Source: Methanobacteriota archaeon
GTDB lineage: Archaea > Thermoplasmatota > Poseidoniia > Poseidoniales > Thalassarchaeaceae
Direction of reading: 5' to 3'
Length of the DNA stretch: 64,000 nt
Assembly: GCA_004195715.1 (NCBI GenBank)
Contig: PSPX01000002.1
Span: 29,937 to 93,936 of the forward strand
Positions 18,348 through 27,950 of the stretch are shown here, piece after piece. How positions within the stretch are numbered: the first letter of the stretch is position 1; each line of letters opens with the position of its first letter. Below the pieces are notes generated by a model, which was not told the origin of the DNA, did no database searches, and saw nothing but the letters and a program-made list of their open reading frames with translations. The position numbers and the translations under genes are program-made.

Positions 18348-19520
18348 ATGGCGTACGAGGCTTTGGACTTCTACGATATCGATTCATTGCTAACCGATGA
18401 GGAACGCATGGTGCGCGACATGGTGCGCGACTGGGTAGATGAGAAAATTCTACCAAACATCGAGAAGGCTTGCCATGATGGCGTGTTCCCCGATGAATGG
18501 CGGGTCGACCTCGGTGAAATGGGCATTCTCGGCGCCCCCCTAGAGGGCTATGGCTGCCCTGGACTCTCATACATCGCTTACGGTCTAATCTGCCAGGAGT
18601 TGGAGCGTGGCGACAGTGGCGTGCGCTCTTTTGCCAGTGTTCAGGGCTCACTAGCCATGTATCCAATCTGGGACTTCGGAAGTGAGGAGCAGAAGAATCA
18701 CTACCTCCCCAAGATGACGACTGGTGAGTGGATTGGATGCTTCGGTCTAACTGAGCCCGACTATGGCTCAAATCCTGGTGACATGATCACTCGGGCCGAG
18801 GACAAGGGGGATTACTACCTGCTCAACGGTGCGAAGATGTGGATAACCAACGGAACCATCGCGGACCTAGCCGTGGTGTGGGCCAAACTTGATGGTGTAA
18901 TCCGAGGTTTCATAGTCGAGAAAGACGACCCTGGATTCACAGCCCCCGAGATGACAGGAAAGCACTCACTGAAGGCCAGTGTCACCAGCGAGTTGGTGTT
19001 CCAAGACTGCAAAATCCCCAAGGACAGGATGCTGCCGCATGTTAAGGGACTTAAGGGGCCTTTCAGCTGCCTCAACAACGCCCGTTACGGAATATCATGG
19101 GGGGCTGTGGGGGCTGCTCAATCATGCTTCAGTTCGGCTAGAGAGTACGCTCTGAGCAGGATACAGTTCGACCACCCGATAGCCTCTTTCCAACTGGTGC
19201 AGAATAAGTTGGCGTGGATGCTAAGGGAGATCACCAAGGCCCAGTTGCTGGCGTACCACCTAGGCAAGAAAAAAGATGAGGGGACTTGGATACCTGAGCA
19301 TATCTCGTTGGCCAAGATGAATAACGTCGACATCGCACTCGATGTTGCACGTATGGCTCGTGACATCCACGGTGCCAACGGAATCCTAGATGAGTATCCG
19401 GTGATGCGGCACATGGCCAACCTAGAGTCGGTCAAGACCTACGAGGGCACTCACGACATCCACAACCTGATTCTCGGTCGCTACATTACCGGGATACAGG
19501 CATTCACAAGAGAGTCTTGA
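18348..19520 (+). CDS. gcdH: Glutaryl-CoA dehydrogenase-type acyl-CoA dehydrogenase
   Basis: ERGDSGVRSFASVQGSL, FGLTEPDYGS, CLNNARYGISWG, HGANGI, TYEGTHDIH. Confidence 0.85.
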   Translation: MAYEALDFYDIDSLLTDEERMVRDMVRDWVDEKILPNIEKACHDGVFPDEWRVDLGEMGILGAPLEGYGCPGLSYIAYGLICQELERGDSGVRSFASVQGSLAMYPIWDFGSEEQKNHYLPKMTTGEWIGCFGLTEPDYGSNPGDMITRAEDKGDYYLLNGAKMWITNGTIADLAVVWAKLDGVIRGFIVEKDDPGFTAPEMTGKHSLKASVTSELVFQDCKIPKDRMLPHVKGLKGPFSCLNNARYGISWGAVGAAQSCFSSAREYALSRIQFDHPIASFQLVQNKLAWMLREITKAQLLAYHLGKKKDEGTWIPEHISLAKMNNVDIALDVARMARDIHGANGILDEYPVMRHMANLESVKTYEGTHDIHNLILGRYITGIQAFTRES

Positions 19521-19536
19521 AGTCTGGATTGATGTT

Positions 19537-19553
19537 TCCCACCTACGGTGGGA
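19537..19553. other. Small inverted repeat between gcdH and etfB (possible terminator or operator)
   Basis: TCCCACC-TAC-GGTGGGA, 16 nt after the gcdH stop. No U-tract follows. Confidence 0.25.
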
Positions 19554-19604
19554 CTGCCGAAAATTCATAGAGGGGGCTTTAGTCGCCAGAGCGCTGGTGA
19601 TGAT

Positions 19605-20360
19605 ATGGGAATAGCCGTACTACTCAAGCAGGTTCCCGACACCACAGCCAAAATCTCTGTCTCGGGCGATAGGGTGGACGAAACCGCTGTCAGCAAGTGG
19701 TCCATGAGTCCTTACGACGAGTACGCGCTCGAAGCCGCACTCCAGTTGAAGGAGGCCGGAGGAGGGGATATCGTCGCGATTACATGCGGTCCGATTCGAG
19801 CCACGAAGATGCTGACGGATGCCGCTGCCGTAGGTGTTGACAACCTGATTCTAATCCAAGATGAGGGGGTTACCGATAGCACGCACGTTCAGTCTCTACT
19901 CGCAGCCGCGGTCAAGAGGTCTGGGTCGGATGTGGTGCTCTGTGGCAAGCAGGCCGCCGACACCAATGGAGGGTCGACCGGCCCTGGAGTTTCCCATCTG
20001 ATTGGAGCTGCCTGTGTGGGAATGATTTCGGAAGTATATGCAGAAGGGGATGGGTTCATCGCCCTGCGAGCCAGCCCGACCGGTAACGAACGGGTCGAAG
20101 TCTCCCGACCTTGCCTCTTCACATTCGACAAGGGGGCCACGGAACTGCGCAGGCCAAATGTGCGAGGGATTATGATGGCCAAGAAGAAACAGATTGAAAC
20201 TGTGACCTCAGATGACCTAGGGGTGGCAATTGGAACTTCCTCCGTCTCACTGCAATCTCACTCCCCTCCTCCAGTGAAGCCACCTGGACAGAAATTCGAA
20301 GGTGCCGATTCTGTACCCGTAGTAGTAGCAAAGCTTCGTGATGAAGCCAATGTCATTTGA
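19605..20360 (+). CDS. etfB: Electron transfer flavoprotein beta subunit
   Basis: VLLKQVPDT, SPYDEYALEAAL, GKQAADTNGG, RRPNVRGIMMAKKK. Confidence 0.93.
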   Translation: MGIAVLLKQVPDTTAKISVSGDRVDETAVSKWSMSPYDEYALEAALQLKEAGGGDIVAITCGPIRATKMLTDAAAVGVDNLILIQDEGVTDSTHVQSLLAAAVKRSGSDVVLCGKQAADTNGGSTGPGVSHLIGAACVGMISEVYAEGDGFIALRASPTGNERVEVSRPCLFTFDKGATELRRPNVRGIMMAKKKQIETVTSDDLGVAIGTSSVSLQSHSPPPVKPPGQKFEGADSVPVVVAKLRDEANVI

Positions 20361-20369
20361 GGTGCAATA

Positions 20370-21290
20370 ATGGACGTGACAATCATCGCAGAAACCACAG
20401 TGGATGGTCTTCACCCGGTGACATCGCAACTCGTCGGCGCCGCAATTGCCATTGGCGGAACTCCGACCGTACTGTGCCCGGGAGGATTAGGTACGACCGC
20501 CGCTGCTTCCATCAGCGGTGTTTCCAAAGTAATAGGCGTCGAAGGAGATTGCTTCAACACCTTCGACAGCGGTGCTTGGGCGACTGCTCTCAACCCTCTC
20601 GTCTCCGACGGAGTCATCATAGCTGCTTCGGCACCCTCTGGAAGGGAGGTCGCAGCGCAGATCGCAGCTATGCGCGGGATCCCAATCATACAGGATGCGA
20701 CCGGACTAGAAGCTGGCATCACCGTCACTAGGGGCATATACTCCGGCAAGGCAATCGAGATCTCAACGGTAACTGCGCCATGCGCCATCACCCTGCGAGC
20801 CAATGCCTTCGATGCCGCCGGAGGAGGTGGTTCGGCGGTGGTCAGTACGGTGAATCAGAGCGCTGACGTGGCCGTGGCCGTGAGAGAAGCCATTGCCAAG
20901 GCCAGTGAGAGACTGGATGTCGCAGAAGCTGACATCATCATCTCCGGTGGCAGAGGGATGGGAGATCCCGCCAACTTCTCTCATCTAAACGATATCGCGG
21001 ACATGATAGGTGCCGCCGTCGGCGCCAGCAGGGCAGCAGTAGACACTTGGGGGGAGATACCTCACGGAATGCAGGTGGGGCAAACCGGGAAGACGGTAAC
21101 ACCGAGCCTGTACATCGCGGTCGGGATCAGCGGAGCAATACAGCATCTTGCCGGGATGAGGACGAGCAAGTACATCGTCGCCATCAACAAAGACCCTGAT
21201 GCCCCCATATTCGGTGTGGCTGACTATGGGATAGTAGCTACTTGGGAAGCTGCGCTTCCCGCCCTCAAAGAAGAATTAGGCAAACTCTAA
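20370..21290 (+). CDS. etfA: Electron transfer flavoprotein alpha subunit
   Basis: [45 protein letters not shown]. Confidence 0.95.
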   Translation: MDVTIIAETTVDGLHPVTSQLVGAAIAIGGTPTVLCPGGLGTTAAASISGVSKVIGVEGDCFNTFDSGAWATALNPLVSDGVIIAASAPSGREVAAQIAAMRGIPIIQDATGLEAGITVTRGIYSGKAIEISTVTAPCAITLRANAFDAAGGGGSAVVSTVNQSADVAVAVREAIAKASERLDVAEADIIISGGRGMGDPANFSHLNDIADMIGAAVGASRAAVDTWGEIPHGMQVGQTGKTVTPSLYIAVGISGAIQHLAGMRTSKYIVAINKDPDAPIFGVADYGIVATWEAALPALKEELGKL

Positions 21291-22778
21291 TCATCGGACC
21301 TGGACGGTTATCGTGGACTTGTTAGAGGCGCCTCTGTCGTCGGTCACAGTCAGATGGAAAACGTGGACTCCGCCGGACAACCTGGCACGGATCTGTGGAG
21401 TGTCTCCTATGACATTCCCTCTACCATCCTCCCAAGCCCATCTCCTGATACTGCCGTCCGGGTCGTAAGATCGTCCCCCGTCCAGCAGCACTGTTGCCTT
21501 GCCCTCCTCGTCGACATCGACTGTCTTGTCTTCTCCGGCATCTGCAACCGGTGGCAGGTTAATCGCTCGCGCCGCCGCCGAGAGATCTTCGAGCAGGTCG
21601 CTCTCTATGGTCGGCGGGCCAACCTCAAGCTCTGTCTCTTCGTGCAGCGTGTCCAGAATACCTTCAGCCCCCTCAGGCATTTTGGGCCTCATGTCAACCT
21701 GCCTCTCCTCCTCGTCGGATAGTGCCCCCGAGTGCTTCTCAGAGATCGAGGGATTTTCCTCCTCCACAGGCATATCGTCGTACCTAGGTGGTGAGTCGGG
21801 GTCGATTATGACGAGAGGTGCTGGTGTCCTGTCCTTCCTGTCGTCGCCCATAAGAGCGATTCTCTCTGTGAGAGGGAGGATATGCTCGACCACCCCAATG
21901 TGCTCAAAATGCCAGACCATCTCTCCCTTGGTGGTGATTCGGAATACATCGAACCACGAGGCGACCAAGATGTCATCACCCCACTGGATGATTTGAGAGA
22001 CCTGATAGTCCAATCTGGCGATTATCCTAGGGTCTGAATCGCCTATGTCGAGGGAAAGAATACTGCCATCGAAGCAGCCCACTATTGTCCCGGACCCTGT
22101 AGGCAGCAACGCTGTGGCCCTAGAAGGGAGTTCCGAGGTGTTCAGCATCCCCTCCTCTGGATGCCAGCACTCGAGCCTGTTCTCAGGCCTGTCGTCGACG
22201 GTCATCCCGAGAGAGTTTCGTGCGACCAGGAGGACACCATCATGACGGAATGCCATGCACGATATGGTCTCGACGTCGTCCTCGGCGGCGGGCGAATCGT
22301 GCAACACCTCGAGCGCTGACCCGAGGAGAAGCAACCTGCCGTCCTCAAGGGCAGCAGCGCATACTCCCTCGGGCGAACATGTGAGAGATGTGACGTGTCC
22401 AAACTTTGCTTTGGCGACTTCGCTTCCGTCGTCTGCTAAAGAGACGATCCGTCCAGTGCCATCGGCCACCACCGCGCGGAACGATGACGTTGTCACCGCC
22501 TCGCACCCGGATTCCAGAGGATGATCCCAGAGAAGTTCGTCGTGGAATGCTTGAACGCCACCAGTGCTGGTGCCGGCGACCAAAACACCTCGTAAGCTCG
22601 CGAGACCTACTACTCGACTGTCAAGCGTAGCGGAGTCGATGACTACTCCGTCAGAGCCGTAAATGTGGAGAGCCCCTGAGTCGAAGCCCGCTGCGAAGTT
22701 GCCTTCAGGGAGCATGCAGACGCAGCGAGCCACCTCATCCATCTCGATGGTCGCCAGCGCGTCAATGACCCCTCTCAT
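21291..22778 (-). CDS. PQQ/WD40-like beta-propeller, acidic linker and C-terminal PKD domain; no signal peptide seen
   Basis: Blade-like repeats, then PPVADAGED...LDGGRSYDPDG...FHLTVTDDRG PKD motif. Start moved to 22778 to clear purF. Confidence 0.6.
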   Translation of the reverse strand: MRGVIDALATIEMDEVARCVCMLPEGNFAAGFDSGALHIYGSDGVVIDSATLDSRVVGLASLRGVLVAGTSTGGVQAFHDELLWDHPLESGCEAVTTSSFRAVVADGTGRIVSLADDGSEVAKAKFGHVTSLTCSPEGVCAAALEDGRLLLLGSALEVLHDSPAAEDDVETISCMAFRHDGVLLVARNSLGMTVDDRPENRLECWHPEEGMLNTSELPSRATALLPTGSGTIVGCFDGSILSLDIGDSDPRIIARLDYQVSQIIQWGDDILVASWFDVFRITTKGEMVWHFEHIGVVEHILPLTERIALMGDDRKDRTPAPLVIIDPDSPPRYDDMPVEEENPSISEKHSGALSDEEERQVDMRPKMPEGAEGILDTLHEETELEVGPPTIESDLLEDLSAAARAINLPPVADAGEDKTVDVDEEGKATVLLDGGRSYDPDGSIRRWAWEDGRGNVIGDTPQIRARLSGGVHVFHLTVTDDRGASNKSTITVQVR

Positions 22779-22803
22779 GGATTCCTGAGCAATCGCTGCG
22801 ACT

Positions 22804-24327
22804 TCATTCTGCCGCGTCGGCGTGCTCAGCCGAAGATTCTCTCTTGGCGGCATCGCTGCGTGCGCCCTCTATCCTCGCTAGGTACTCCTCAGTAATTCCC
22901 CCGGTGACGTACACCCCGTTGAAGCAGGAGCAGTCAAAGTTTACCAGATTATGGTCCCCCGTCATTAGGCAGGCCTCAATGAGGTCTGGCAACTCTTGAT
23001 AGATCAGCCAATCAGCGCCGATGGCCTCCCTGATCTCATCGATAGTCCTGTCATGGGCGACGTACTCATCGCGGGCCGGCATGTCGATGCCGTACACGTT
23101 CGGATGTATGATAGGAGGTGCCGAGGATGCAAAGTATACTTGTTTGGCACCGGCTTCCTTGGCCATTTCGACAATCCTTTGTGACGTGTTACCTCTGACT
23201 ATGCTGTCGTCAACAATCATCACCGTCTTGCCGGAGAACTCCTCCTCTATCGTGTTGAGTTTTTTCTTAACCGAATCCTTACGGATAGACTGACCTGGCA
23301 TGATGAACGTCCTGCCTATGTAGCGGTTCTTGACGAAGCCCTCTCGAAACGGCACACCCATCTCAGAGGCCATCTCCATAGCGGCTATCCTGCCGCTGTC
23401 CGGCACTGGGATCACCGCATCGATACCGTGCTCGGGGCGCTCTTTGAGGACCCTCCTAGCCAAAGCCGCCCCCATCCTTAGCCTCGCCCCGTGTACCGAT
23501 ATACCGTCAATGGCAGAGTCCGGGCGAGCGAAGTAGACGTGCTCGAAAATACAGGGAGTGTGGACCGGCTCAGCGTGGCAGACCTTGGATGAGAACGAGC
23601 CATCCATCTTGGCTATCACCGCCTCGCCGGGGGAGACATCTCGATCTGTTTCGAATCCTAAAGCAGAACAGGTCACGCTCTCTGAGGCGAATAGTCGCTC
23701 AGTGAAGCCGTCGACCTCGTTCTTGCCCATGAATAGAGGCCTTATCCCGTTGGGGTCGCGGAAGGCCACTAGCCCCCATCCCGTGATCATGGTGACTACG
23801 CTGTAACTGCCCTCAGCCCGGAGGTGTGTGCGCTCTACGGCGCGGAAGATATCGTCCTCGGTGAGTGCTTCCATGCCTCCCGGTCGGCCGTTAACAGAGC
23901 GCTGAATCTCAGCGGAGAAGAGATTCAGTAGGGCCTCGGAATCAGAACTGGTGTTGATTCTCCTGTGGTCATACTCGAGCAGGCTGTTGATGATGTCCGT
24001 AGTATTGTTCAGATTGCCATTGTGGGCGAGGCTTACTCCGAACGGGGTGTTGGTGTAGAAGGGCTGAGCCTCGCTCGCTGAGCCTGAGCCTGCTGTGGGA
24101 TAGCGAACGTGCCCGATTCCCATTGACCCTATGAGCTTAGACATGTGCTTCGACCTGAAGACGTCTCTAACTAGTCCATTGGCCCGGCGGTGCGAGATGT
24201 TGTCGGAATCACTGGTCACTATTCCGGCGGCGTCCTGCCCACGGTGCTGCAGTACAATCATGCCGTCGTAGATGCAGCCTGCGACCTGAGAGTCCGGGTT
24301 CCCCAAGATCCCGATGATGCCGCACAT
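22804..24327 (-). CDS. purF: Amidophosphoribosyltransferase
   Basis: N-terminal MCGI, QHRGQDAAG, GHVRYPT, HNGN, VDDSIVRGNT. Confidence 0.97.
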   Translation of the reverse strand: MCGIIGILGNPDSQVAGCIYDGMIVLQHRGQDAAGIVTSDSDNISHRRANGLVRDVFRSKHMSKLIGSMGIGHVRYPTAGSGSASEAQPFYTNTPFGVSLAHNGNLNNTTDIINSLLEYDHRRINTSSDSEALLNLFSAEIQRSVNGRPGGMEALTEDDIFRAVERTHLRAEGSYSVVTMITGWGLVAFRDPNGIRPLFMGKNEVDGFTERLFASESVTCSALGFETDRDVSPGEAVIAKMDGSFSSKVCHAEPVHTPCIFEHVYFARPDSAIDGISVHGARLRMGAALARRVLKERPEHGIDAVIPVPDSGRIAAMEMASEMGVPFREGFVKNRYIGRTFIMPGQSIRKDSVKKKLNTIEEEFSGKTVMIVDDSIVRGNTSQRIVEMAKEAGAKQVYFASSAPPIIHPNVYGIDMPARDEYVAHDRTIDEIREAIGADWLIYQELPDLIEACLMTGDHNLVNFDCSCFNGVYVTGGITEEYLARIEGARSDAAKRESSAEHADAAE

Positions 24328-24373
24328 CGGATACCATTGGGCCCTAGTGGTCCGGGACTTAGCCCTTTCCGGC

Positions 24374-24559
24374 TTACTTGCGTGCTCCCATTAATCGGGA
24401 GCGTTTGTTCCACCGGTACTTGCGTATCCTAGCGGTGGCGCCGTAGCCGCAGTGAGCGCAGACGCTCTTGGTCTTGTGATATGAGTGTCTGCCACAGCGT
24501 CGGCAACGGATGTGTGTCGACTTCTGCCGCTTGCCCATACTTGGAGTTCCCTTTGACAT
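24374..24559 (-). CDS. rpl37e: 50S ribosomal protein L37e
   Basis: [28 protein letters not shown]...CAHCGYG. Confidence 0.96.
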   Translation of the reverse strand: MSKGTPSMGKRQKSTHIRCRRCGRHSYHKTKSVCAHCGYGATARIRKYRWNKRSRLMGARK

Positions 24560-24623
24560 CGTACCACCTAGGACAGCGCGGCGACCGAAGGGAGTGTTAT
24601 GAGAGTTGCCCAAGCGAAACGAA

Positions 24624-24980
24624 TCACTCGGTACCGGGTTCAGACTCCAGCAGGGCCAGTAGAGGGTCTTCGGGGCGTTTGCGCAATGAGGCCTGAAGAA
24701 ACATGAAGGTGGACACTAAGAAGATAATCGACAATATATCGAGCAAGGCAAACACGCCCTCGGACATCGTCATTCTAAGGGCGACGTTGTCAGCAGGTAT
24801 GCCAACGGTTTTGGCGAACAAGTAGGTGGAAGCAAGGATGACAGTTGAGGCGCCCAGCACCGGGATGGCAGGACGGTGATAGGGGTTCAACGTGCCTATC
24901 AATGCGAGTATTATGAACAGCGAGGTTAGTGCGGCCGATCCCGCAAACGCTGAGATCGCCGATTCGAGATTAGGGTTCAT
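24624..24980 (-). CDS. Small membrane protein (about 3 TM), unknown function
   Basis: Three hydrophobic segments; overlaps the upstream membrane gene by 11 nt. Confidence 0.6.
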   Translation of the reverse strand: MNPNLESAISAFAGSAALTSLFIILALIGTLNPYHRPAIPVLGASTVILASTYLFAKTVGIPADNVALRMTMSEGVFALLDILSIIFLVSTFMFLQASLRKRPEDPLLALLESEPGTE

Positions 24981-25509
24981 CCGCCACCTCCAAATGCCTC
25001 CTCAAGACGCTCTCAACGTACTTCCTCTCCTTCTCAGACAGGCCCTCTGTCTCGGGCTCCTGCGGGGTCATCCTCTCAGCCGTGCGGACACACAGCGCAA
25101 ACACTGCGAAAGCCAGAACCGCTCCAAGCAGAGCGCTTACCCACCTAATGGTGTCCGATAGGACCACACTCATGGTCGAATAGTACTGGTACCATGCCAC
25201 CACAATCAGAGCCCAGCCGACCAGCAACGGTAACAATCGCGTCCTCCAGTACAACGGCGCTCCCATGAGTACGAGTGTCGAACCAGCCAGAGCCGGCAGA
25301 AGCCACATGGCGGCCTCTATAGCAGCTGCCACCACTTCTAACTCGGGCTGCGGGGGCTCCTCGACTCGAAATAGCATCACCGTCAATCCAAGCAGGGCCA
25401 CAGGGGCTCCGAAGAGGTGCCGCCTGAATGCAGGCCCCGTTCTGTGCATGCTGATACCAATGACAGCAATGGCCATGCCGAGCCACACCTGAGCGGCCCA
25501 TGGCGACAT
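24970..25509 (-). CDS. Multi-pass membrane protein, unknown function
   Basis: About 5 hydrophobic segments and a charged C-terminus. Confidence 0.6.
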   Translation of the reverse strand: MSPWAAQVWLGMAIAVIGISMHRTGPAFRRHLFGAPVALLGLTVMLFRVEEPPQPELEVVAAAIEAAMWLLPALAGSTLVLMGAPLYWRTRLLPLLVGWALIVVAWYQYYSTMSVVLSDTIRWVSALLGAVLAFAVFALCVRTAERMTPQEPETEGLSEKERKYVESVLRRHLEVADEP

Positions 25510-25647
25510 GTTCCGCTGCGCGTTGACTCATTACATCGTATTTGTGCAATCGGCCTATCATGAGGATTCCTGCTACGCAGGAGTCTCGATAGAGTTCATA
25601 AACGGGTCATCGGTGGCCGCGACGTCGCAAGACGCTGAGGTGGAGAC

Positions 25648-25929
25648 ATGGTGAAGATGCCGCGGACGGTGAAGCGCTACAGCCCTACAGCTGGTAAGCA
25701 CACCATACACACCGTCGAGCGTGTCAAGAAGCGACGTGCTAGCGAACTGAAGTGGGGTCAGCGCCGCTTCCGCCGTGTTACCGCGGGATACCGCGGTTTC
25801 CCCCGGCCGAAGCCTTCCGGAGAGAAGCCTACCAAGCGCGTGAACCTAATCTTCCGATGCCAAGAGACCGGTAAGGCGCACTCTCCTGCTGGGAAGCGCG
25901 CTAAGAAGTTCGAACTAGTCGACAAGTGA
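25648..25929 (+). CDS. rpl44e: 50S ribosomal protein L44e
   Basis: MVKMPRTVKRY...KWGQRRFRRVTAGYRGFPRP...KPTKRVNL; SD-like GAGGTGG upstream. Confidence 0.95.
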   Translation: MVKMPRTVKRYSPTAGKHTIHTVERVKKRRASELKWGQRRFRRVTAGYRGFPRPKPSGEKPTKRVNLIFRCQETGKAHSPAGKRAKKFELVDK

Positions 25930-25939
25930 TTGAGGTGGG

Positions 25940-26113
25940 ATGATGAGTGGAAGGTTCCTTCGTGTGAATTGTCGTGACTGCGGTCACGAGGCCATCATCT
26001 TCGAAAGGGCATCGACCTCGATTGCCTGCTCCATCTGCGGTGCGACACTAGCTCGCCCCGCAGGAGGCAGGGCGGACTTGTCAGGTAGCACGATTGTAGA
26101 TGTCCTCGAGTAA
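25940..26113 (+). CDS. rps27e: 30S ribosomal protein S27e (not in the ORF track)
   Basis: Manual translation (M)MSGRFLRVNCRDCGHEAIIFERASTSIACSICGATLARPAGGRA...; expected position between rpl44e and eif2a. Confidence 0.93.
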   Translation: MMSGRFLRVNCRDCGHEAIIFERASTSIACSICGATLARPAGGRADLSGSTIVDVLE

Positions 26114-26126
26114 AGGGGGCGTTTAG

Positions 26127-26909
26127 GTGAGTTCTGCTGATTGGCCCGAAGAGGGGGAACTGCTGATTTGTACGGTCAGGAGCGTCAAGGAAAACGGTGC
26201 CTACCTCAATCTTGAGGGTTACGAGGGCAGAACCGGTTTCGTCTTCATTGGAGAGGTCGCCTCTGGCTGGGTTAAGAACATCGGCAGCCACCTGAGAGAA
26301 GGTCAGCGCGTGGTCGCCAAGGCGATTCAGGTGAAGCGTGCCAAGGAGCGTATCGAACTCTCGATAAAATCCGTTTCCGACGAGCGTAGGAGAGACACTC
26401 TGCAGAAGTGGAAGAACCGTAAGAGGGCCAGCCAGATCATGCGAGTCGCGGCCGAGAGAGTCGGCTGGGACGAACAGAAGACAGTCGAAATCTGCGATGA
26501 GATGCGTGAGATCTTCGGGACTCTGTATGGGGCTCTCGAGGAGTGCGCCATGAGCGAGAATGTTCTGAGTGAATCAGGTTTCACCGGAGATTGGATAACC
26601 GTGGTCACCGAGCTCGCAGTAGAGAACATCGTGCCTCCATTCGTCGAGATTCGTGGCGAGTTCGACCTACAGGTCTGGGGGCCTGAAGGCGTCAGTGCGA
26701 TTCGTGAGGCGTTGCAAGCCGCGGAATCCTGTGCCGTAGACCTCGAGGATGTCACACTGACCTGTCACTACGACGGGGCCCCTCACTACAGAGTGGACAT
26801 ACGGGCCCCTGACTATCGGGCGGCGGAGTCTGTGTGGGAAGCTGCACAGAAGGCAGCCTCGGAGCGCATGTCCTCGGTCGAGGGCTCAATCTCCCTTGAA
26901 CGCCTCTGA
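26127..26909 (+). CDS. eif2a: Translation initiation factor aIF2 alpha subunit
   Basis: S1 domain WPEEGELLICTV...EVASGWVKNI, C-terminal YDGAPHYR; conserved synteny. Confidence 0.95.
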   Translation: MSSADWPEEGELLICTVRSVKENGAYLNLEGYEGRTGFVFIGEVASGWVKNIGSHLREGQRVVAKAIQVKRAKERIELSIKSVSDERRRDTLQKWKNRKRASQIMRVAAERVGWDEQKTVEICDEMREIFGTLYGALEECAMSENVLSESGFTGDWITVVTELAVENIVPPFVEIRGEFDLQVWGPEGVSAIREALQAAESCAVDLEDVTLTCHYDGAPHYRVDIRAPDYRAAESVWEAAQKAASERMSSVEGSISLERL

Positions 26910-26970
26910 GAAGTACGAACAAGGCACAGACTTCATTGACTCTTCCTAGCGGACGCTGATTGAGGATAGG

Positions 26971-27189
26971 ATGGTTCGCACCAGATTACAACGCTGCAGT
27001 ACCTGTGGCGAGTACGGCTTGGCTACGAGATGCAAGGAGTGCGGAGCTGCTATGGTGGCTGTTTCACCGATGAAGTACTCGCCAGAGGACCCGCAGGGGG
27101 CAAGACGTAGGAAGAGGCTCGATGTCGGCAGCAAGGAGTGGCTCGCATCCCTCCCAACACCTAGGGCTGATGGGAGTGAAGAGGAATGA
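26971..27189 (+). CDS. nop10: H/ACA RNP protein Nop10
   Basis: CSTCGEYGL...CKECG...PMKYSPEDPQG; follows eif2a. Confidence 0.92.
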   Translation: MVRTRLQRCSTCGEYGLATRCKECGAAMVAVSPMKYSPEDPQGARRRKRLDVGSKEWLASLPTPRADGSEEE

Positions 27190-27950
27190 ACCGTACGAAG
27201 ATTCACTGGCTCGTAGGCGAAGGGACGCCTGAGCACGCGGCAATACTGGAGGCGGTGCCTGGTGTGGGCAACGTCGGCAAGATAGTGGTCGACTCCCTAG
27301 TGGATAAACACCCCTCGCGAACCATAGGATGGATCCTACATCCTGACTTCCCTCCCCATTCAACACTAGACGGCAATGGGCTCGTCTCACCTCCTCGCAT
27401 CAACATCAATTCAATCCTACTCCCCGATGGCAGGACGGTAATCACGGTCGGTGGGCCATTGCAGCCGATGACAGCTGCCGGTCAGCACGAGGTCTCCGAG
27501 GCAATCCTCGAGATGGCTTCGGAATCGGGCACCCCTCAGTTGCTGGTGTTAGCCGGTCTCGCAGCAGGTACCGACGACAGAGAGATTCACGTAATCTGCG
27601 CCGATGCCGAAGTCAGGAAGAATCTCGAGGCCAATGACATCCCAGTTAGCAGGGAGCACCCTAAGGCCGGGATGATAGGGATAGCAGGGCTACTGATTTC
27701 CCTCTCACCCCTATATGGCGTTCCCACAGTCGGCCTTGTAGCAGAGACCATTGGAGCCAGCACCGATGTGCTGGCAGCTGACCGTCTGGCTTCGTGGATA
27801 GAGGCCGGGTTGGACCTTCCCCTGGACCTGGATCTCGATTCAACTGAAGAGACGGCTAGGAAACTGGTGGAAACTATGGAGGTCGGCGGCACGATAGAGG
27901 AGACACTCGGTGCATCGGAGTCTGAAGGTTCCAGCGACTTTTATGTCTGA
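27186..27950 (+). CDS. PAC2 family proteasome assembly chaperone
   Basis: PGVGNVGKI, GIAGLL, LVAET and C-terminal HbYX-like FYV; usual position after nop10. Confidence 0.85.
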   Translation: MNRTKIHWLVGEGTPEHAAILEAVPGVGNVGKIVVDSLVDKHPSRTIGWILHPDFPPHSTLDGNGLVSPPRININSILLPDGRTVITVGGPLQPMTAAGQHEVSEAILEMASESGTPQLLVLAGLAAGTDDREIHVICADAEVRKNLEANDIPVSREHPKAGMIGIAGLLISLSPLYGVPTVGLVAETIGASTDVLAADRLASWIEAGLDLPLDLDLDSTEETARKLVETMEVGGTIEETLGASESEGSSDFYV

